Origin: Macrostomum hystrix
Taxonomy: Eukaryota > Animalia > Platyhelminthes
NCBI GenBank assembly: GCA_950097015.1
Contig: CATNEN010000025.1
Coordinates: 868,001 to 932,000 of the forward strand
Reading direction: 5' to 3'
DNA: 64,000 bases
Position numbers and translations under genes: made by a program. A model generated the notes under the pieces. That model made no database searches and was not told where the DNA came from. It worked only from the letters and a program-made list of their open reading frames with translations. Of this stretch, positions 57,670-64,000 are shown piece after piece. Within the stretch, counting starts at the first letter, position 1. Every line of letters begins with the position of its first letter.

Positions 57670-58085
57670 ATGAGACACGGGAGAGATGAGACACGTGAAA
57701 GATGAGACACGGGTAGAGATCAGACACGTGAGAGATCAGACACGGGAGAGATCAGACACGGGTAGAGATCAGACACGGGAGAGATCAGACACGGGAGAGA
57801 TCAGACACAGGAGAGATGAGACACGGGACAGATGAGACACGGGAGAGATGAGACACGGGAGAGATGAGACACGGGAGAGATGAGACACGGGAGAGATCAG
57901 ACACGGGAGAGATCAGACACGGGAGAGATCAGACACGGGAGAGATGAGACACGTGAGAGATCAGACACGGGAGAGATCAGACACGTGAGAGATCAGACAC
58001 GGGAGAGATCAGACACGGGAGAGATCAGACACGGGAGAGATCAGACACGTGAGAGATCAGACAGATCAGACAGATCAGAGAGATC
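57670..58085. repeat. 16-nt purine-rich minisatellite (GAGAGATCAGACACGG)
   Basis: About 25 copies between the chimera and DNAJC21. Confidence 0.93.
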
Positions 58086-58342
58086 GAGTCTGCCTCTCGC
58101 ACCAAGGTCCCTGAGCTCGAATCCGCGGCGAGGCCACATTAGTTTGAGTCGCAGCCGCGGAGAGAAGGCATGGGAGCTTGTCGTGCAATTTTCGTCCTTG
58201 AGGGTCAAAGTGTACACTGCCTGACGAAGTCGGGCCGGATATGCACACCTGTTTGAGTTAGAGGTCAGCGGAATGGGCCGAGTTGTCTCTCGTTGGCTGC
58301 GGGTCTAGTGTCACCAAGTGATGTGCCCCACAGTCCTCCTGC

Positions 58343-58377
<35 letters not shown>

Positions 58378-58378
58378 C
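58086..58378 (+). mobile_element. SINE family A, partial head, internally deleted
   Basis: CTCGAATCCGCGGCGAGGCCACATT...GCAGCCGCGGAGAGAAGGC...GGCTGCGGGTCTAGTGTCACC plus an (ATT)n tail. Confidence 0.85.
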
Positions 58379-58456
58379 TTGCAGCCAAAGGGAGTCACAC
58401 GCAGACTCGGCAGCACCTGTACATAGCTGGATCATTGATTTAGCTCGAATTTCGTC

Positions 58457-61315
58457 ATGACTTCGACCGATCCGAAAAGCGGCGGAGTTCGCTGCTACTA
58501 CGACCTGTTGGAAGTTGAGCGTCAGGCAACTGACGACGAATTAAAGAAGGCCTACAGGCGCCTGGCGTTACGCTGGCATCCAGATAAGAATCCAGACCGC
58601 GTTGAGGAGGCCACCGCTCATTTCCGATTGGTTCAGAAGGCCTACGAGACTCTCTCTGATCCGCAGGAGCGAGCCTGGTACGACAAGCACCGGGAGCGCA
58701 TTCTCAAAGGCGGCCTCGGGCGCGGCGAGGCCTACCAGGAGGAGCGGCTGGACGTATTTCAATACTTCACCTCGGCTTGCTACGATGATTATGACGACGG
58801 CGAAGAGGGCTATTTCACTGTGTACGCCAAGGTGTTCAACGATCTGGCCGAGGAGGAGAGGCGGGCCTGCGACGGAGACGACGAGCCGCCGCCAGATTTT
58901 CCAGGTTGGTGCCACCACAGATTGACATTTCAGACTGTATGACAAATTTATTGTTGCTCCTAAATACTCAAGTACATTAATGTGTCCTGGACTTCATATA
59001 GATCCTCAGGTACATTAATGTGTCCTGGACTTCATTTAGATCCTCAGGTACATTAATGTGTCCTGGACTTCATTTAGATCCTCAGGTACATTAATGTGTC
59101 CTGGACTTCATTTAGATCCTCAGGTACATTAATGTGTCCTGGACTTCATATAGATCCTCAGGTATATTAATGTGTCCTGGACTTCATATAGATCCTCAGG
59201 TACATAAATGTGTCCTGGACTTCATATAGATCCTCAGGTACATTAATGTGTCCTGGACTTCATATAGATCCTCAGGTACATTAATGTGTCCTGGACTTCA
59301 TATAGATCCTCAGGTACATTAATGTGTCCTGGACTTCATATAGATCCTCAGGTACATTAATGTGTCCTGGACTTCATATAGATCCTCAGGTACATTAATG
59401 TGTCCTGGACTTCATATAGATCCTCAGGTACATTAATGTGTCCTGGACTTCATATAGATCCTCAGGTACATTAATGTGTCCTGGACTTCATATAGATCCT
59501 CAGGTACATTAATGTGTCCTGGACTTCATATAGATCCTCAGGTACATTAATGTGTCCTGGACTTCATTTAGATCCTCAGGTACATAAATGTGTCCTGGAC
59601 TTCATTTAGATCCTCAGGTACATTAATGTGTCCTGGACTTCATACAGATCCTCAGGTGAATATTATTAACTTCCCAGATCATCAGGTTGATATTATAAGC
59701 TTCCCAAATCCCAAGGTAGATATTATAAACTTCCTGAATCCTCAGGTTGATATTATAAGCTTTCCAAATCCTCAGGTTGATATTATAAGCTTTCCAAATC
59801 CTCAGGTTGATATTATAAGCTTTCCAAATCCTCAGGTTGATATTATAAGCTTTCCAAATCCTCAGGTTGATATTATAAGCTTTCCAAATCCTCAGGTTGA
59901 TATTATAAGCTTTCCAAATCCTCAGGTTGATATTATAAGCTTTCCAAATCCTCAGGTTGATATTATAAACTTCCCAAATCGTCAGGTTGATACTAATGTC
60001 TTTCTATAGATCATAATTGCAAGCTTCGAGTATATTGTGACAAAACATTGCAGAATTCGGTCGCTCCGACTCGCCCTACGACAATGTTGTTGGCCCCTTC
60101 TACTCCCACTGGGAGACCTTCTTCACTCGCAAATCCTACGTCTGGGTGGAGAAGTACGACACCAGGGAGGCGCCGAATAAGTACGCCCGCAAGGCCATGG
60201 AGAAGGAGAACCGGGCAGCCAGGGACGCCGCTAGGCGGGAGCGCAACGAAGAGGTGCGCACCCTGGTGGCATTCGTTAAGAAGCGCGATCCCCGCGTTGT
60301 AGCCGAACGACGCCGACTAGAGGCTCGGGCTCGCGAAGTTGAAGCCAAAGCCAAGGCCATGGCCTCGGCGGCTCGCCGGGCTCACCTGGAGACCGCCAGT
60401 CGTTACCAGGCCCCGGCCTGGGCTCGCACCGACGAGTTGGAGGCCGAACTCGCCAAGATCGAAGCCGAGCACGGCGCCGGGGCGTCCGATTTCGACGATT
60501 CCGACGACGATCAGGTAGCTGACCAAGGAGGTGAAGGAATTGTTGAAGACGGCGAGGCGGTGGATAATCGAGCAGCCGAGGCTGAAGCAGAATCAGACAA
60601 TGAGCTGATGTGCTTAGTCTGCGAGAAAATGTTCCGCACTCCGGGTGCCAAGCAGAGCCACGACCGTTCCAAGCGGCACCGGGAACGCCTGGAACTGCTG
60701 CGCGCTGAGATGGCCAGGCACGATCGAGTTGAATTGTTGACATCAAGCGAACAACAAGCCGAACAGGGAGGTCGAGTTCCAGACGAGCACGGCGACGAAG
60801 AGGAAGATGAATCTACGGAGGCGACCAAGAAATCTAAAAGCGGCAAGAAGAACAACAAAAAGAATAAGAAGCGTCAGCAGCTTCAGTTGAACGACTCGGA
60901 CAAAGAAGATCAGAAAGAGCAGAACGAGGAAGCTGATGCAGGCAATGCCAAGGAGGTCGCTGTGGAGAGCGCAGGCTCCAATGATGACGAAGACGAAGCA
61001 TCTAAGCAGGCTTCGTCGTCGAAGAAGCCTCGCCGCAGGAAGGATCGTCAGCGACAGAAACAGCAGGAGCTGCTTGAACAGCGACGCCAGGAGGTGGCCG
61101 AGGCGGCTGCTGATGGCGCCGATGGCGTCGCTAACTCGGTTACTCAGGTGTGCAAATCCTGTCGACAATGGTTCGAATCGAAGAATGCGCTATTCAAGCA
61201 TTTGAAGGAGAGCGGCCATGCGGCGGTTAAGCCTGGAGCAGCAGCTGCCGCCGCCGCTGCCGCCGCATCGTCTGCGCGGACAGATAGTAAAAAGTCTAAC
61301 AGTAAGCGCAAGTAA
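58457..61315 (+). CDS. DNAJC21: DnaJ homolog subfamily C member 21 (Jjj1-like: J domain plus two C2H2 zinc fingers)
   Basis: Exons 58457-58904 and 60054-61315 (phase 1). HPD motif, FGRSDSPY...FYSHW, LVAFVKKRDPRV, CLVCEKMF...HDRSKRH, CKSC...LFKHLKESGH. Confidence 0.95.
58965..59995. repeat. Compound minisatellite in the DNAJC21 intron (38-nt then 30-nt units)
   Basis: GATCCTCAGGTACATTAATGTGTCCTGGACTTCATATA (about 18 copies), then CCTCAGGTTGATATTATAAGCTTTCCAAAT (about 11 copies). Confidence 0.96.
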
Positions 61316-62169
61316 TTCGCCACCAATACCGAGTAGGCATACAGTTGCTAATAGCATTTCTCTGTGACAACTTTCTTACGCAGTGACTCGTGGCTAGATT
61401 ATTGCATAGATATTTTATGCGGTTTCTGTCTCTGTACGTAATAAAATATTAATGTCGAAACAAAAAATACACGGCTGCATTCTGAAAAAGCTCATATAAA
61501 CTAATGATCATTTTTGGGGTCATTTTATTTTCAACTCTGTTGCTAAAATCCCTCCACCCCCCCCCGGATGTGTGTTGGCTTAACATTCTCATTTTGGGAT
61601 TTCGCTTTCCCATTGGCGAGTAGGCAAGGGCTGTGCGTGCGCGAGTGTGCCAAATCGGCATGACGATAACTAAAAAAACAAAACTGGTCGTTGCCCGCAT
61701 CTCGTGCTCGGCTGTAATCGCCTATTTCTGATGAAAATGCTGCTCCGCGTCACAGCTGCAAACTGTGATTATTTTTGTGTGCGCTCGTCAAGAGAGGATA
61801 AGAGATTTCGGGGATTTTTTTGGGCGCGAGTGTTTACCGCCGATTTTTTTCACTTTCATTTTATTTTTATAGTCGAGAAAACAACGCTGATTTGTTTACT
61901 GAGTGTTTCCCGAGCGCGACCAAAATAGAAACTTCATGCTCAGCTACCCATTGTTAGATGGTAGTTTGAATGGCATCATCAAATTCTATTATGCGCCAGT
62001 GCTTCCTAACAGGCGAAAGAAGCAGACCCGATGCTGACACGACAATGCTAGTTTTTTTGCTCAACTTTCTATAGCACTTCGTTTGACACGTGGAGCACGT
62101 ATTGTGTATTTATTCTCATGAACTGATGAGCATGCTTTCTTAAAGTATGAGTACAGTATGAGTACGACT

Positions 62170-62365
62170 TAGAATCCCTGAGCTCGGCGAGGCCACATTC
62201 CGTGGAAAGAAGGCTTTGAGGACCTAAGAGTATACACAGCCTGAGGGTGAGAAAGTCAGGGCAGATGAGCACCCCTGTGTGCGTGTGTGCTCAGGAGTCG
62301 GTGGAATGGGCAGAATTGCCTCCTCGCTAGCTGCGGCTCTAGTGTCACCACATGATGTGTGATGA
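62170..62365 (+). mobile_element. SINE family A, degenerate and deleted copy
   Basis: GGCGAGGCCACATT...GAGAAAGTCAGGGCAGATG...GGCAGAATTGCCTCCTCGCTAGCTGCGG. Confidence 0.8.
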
Positions 62366-62487
62366 TGTGTATCGCACCTTGATTACGTAATCACGACGCC
62401 CCGATTATAAAAATCGGCACATCACGGATTGATTAAATCCTGCGTTAATAAACTCTTCTTCGGACAGGAAATTAAACAGGATTTCTG

Positions 62488-63313
62488 ATGGCTACCTTTG
62501 TTCCACTGGCAATGCGACGCCCGTGTAATATACAAAGAAAGTTGGAACGCTTCAGACTCTTACTCTCCTTTGTGCCTACGCGCTGCAGTAAGTGCCTTTG
62601 GGATGCCGAAGTTATGAAGCGCACGGTTGCAGAACTCTGGGATCATACAGCAGTCAATTATCCCAGATCCCCTCATCTCGCGTGTGAGCGCTGCGATCGT
62701 GATATACAAAAAAGAGAGATTAAAAAGCTAGAAGTTATGCAAAGTTTCATTGCACAGGTATGTTTTGCATTGAGTCCCCGTCCTGAATCTAACACAGACT
62801 CAAGGGTTATCCGTCACAAACTGAACAAAAAGAGATTTCAGATTGGGCTCTCGGGGATCAAAGGTAGGGAGCGGCCTACTATATAGCCGCTGGGAGATGT
62901 GACTAGGCTAAAATACGCGTTCGCGGTCATATCTTCCCATGTCCGGTCCTGCTTCCCCCCCATCCTCCCATCCCTTCAGTAGCCGACCAATTGGCGGCTG
63001 GGAGATTTTGAAGCTCTAGCTTTTTTATCCCCAAAAGCAGCCCCCCAACCGGCTGCCTGGCTGTAAGCGCTCTTCCCCAAACTCCTTCCCTGCGTTTGAG
63101 CTTGTATTAAAGTCATTTAGACGTTGAGTTCTCGCCTACGTATTGCAGATGTAGTGCATCATCGCAGAACTGCGTGCATGTAGATTTACTGTCTTAAAAT
63201 GTGATTTGTTTGTTATTTTATCGTTTACATATGTATAATATGTGCTTATTCTGTTGCCCTACAATTTAATTCTGTGTTTTATTGGTACCGATTCGCAGAT
63301 CTCAGTTGCTAAG
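62488..63313 (+). CDS. Possible 5' exons of an unidentified gene (62488-62757 plus microexon 63299-63313)
   Basis: ATG-initiated frame with two CxxC motifs, ending at a phase-0 donor CAG|GTATGT. A 15-nt segment is flanked by TTCGCAG and AAG|GTAAGC. No homology recognised. Confidence 0.3.
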
Positions 63314-63409
63314 GTAAGCATTCTGCAGCATATTGTGCCGATATACTTTGCAAGTTAATTGTTGCTTGACGATAATACTTTGTTTAGGAAGAGAGCAGAG
63401 GATAGCAGG

Positions 63410-64000
63410 GAGTAGATCAGTAGGATGGGACTAGATCAGGGGAGAGAATAGAAGGGACTAGATCAGGGGAGAGGATAGGATGGGACTAGATCGGAGAGGA
63501 TAGGATGGGACTAGATCAGGGGAGAGGATAGGATGGGACTAGATCAGGGGAGAGGATAGAAGGGACTAGATCAGGGGAGAGGATAGAAGGGACTAGATCA
63601 GGGGAGAGGATAGGATGGGACTAGATCAGGGGAGAGGATAGGATGGGACTAGATCAGGGGAGAGGATAGGATGGGACTAGATCAGGGGAGAGGATAGAAG
63701 GACTAGATCAGGGGAGAGGATAGAAGGGACTAGATCAGGGGAGAGGATAGGATGGGACTAGATCAGGGGAGAGGATAGGATGGGACTAGATCAGGGGAGA
63801 GGATAGGATGGGACTAGATCAGGGGAGAGGATAGAAGGGACTAGATCAGGGGAGAGGATAGGATGGGACTAGATCAGGGGAGAGGATAGAAGGGACTAGA
63901 TCAGGGGAGAGGATAGGATGGGACTAGATCAGGAGAGAGGATAGGATGGGACTAGATCAGGGGAGAGGATAGGATGGGACTAGATCAGGGGAGAGGATAG
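63410..64000. repeat. 28-nt purine-rich minisatellite (GGGACTAGATCAGGGGAGAGGATAGGAT), runs off the window
   Basis: More than 20 copies. Confidence 0.96.

Noticed and set aside
60276-61326. Antisense or alternate-frame ORFs over DNAJC21, and similar ones over NCBP3, golgin and the 1192-aa ORF
   Set aside because: They are expected shadows of GC-rich, low-complexity coding sequence, with no independent domains or splice signals.

Overview
Gene-dense eukaryotic (animal) DNA read with the standard code, with short GT-AG introns, GC/Ala/Gln-rich exons and many minisatellites. The style resembles a free-living flatworm such as Macrostomum; that is inference, not database-checked. I can support 16 protein-coding genes plus two weaker candidates, all on the + strand. 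In order: a golgin-like tail-anchored coiled-coil protein, a 1192-aa orphan, ENKD1, a cytohesin, two universal stress proteins, FKBP8, NCBP3, an RRM protein, C19orf12, an ATG-less helical-repeat protein, NDUFB10, a RAB29-like GTPase, BCAS2/SPF27, a DNAJC21-C19orf12 chimera and DNAJC21. Most introns and several 3' flanks are filled by gene-specific 15-54 nt tandem arrays, which generate most of the spurious ORFs in the track. Two tRNA-derived SINE families (one CORE-type, one strongly self-complementary) and a foldback element are also present. The main finding is an intact, diverged chimeric gene that joins the DNAJC21 J-domain (HPD intact) to a C19orf12-type glycine-zipper membrane domain, with relatives of both parents in the window. 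Next come the operon-like co-orientation with outron-type acceptors and a gene that may depend on a spliced-leader AUG. Coordinates were counted by hand; array limits are approximate.
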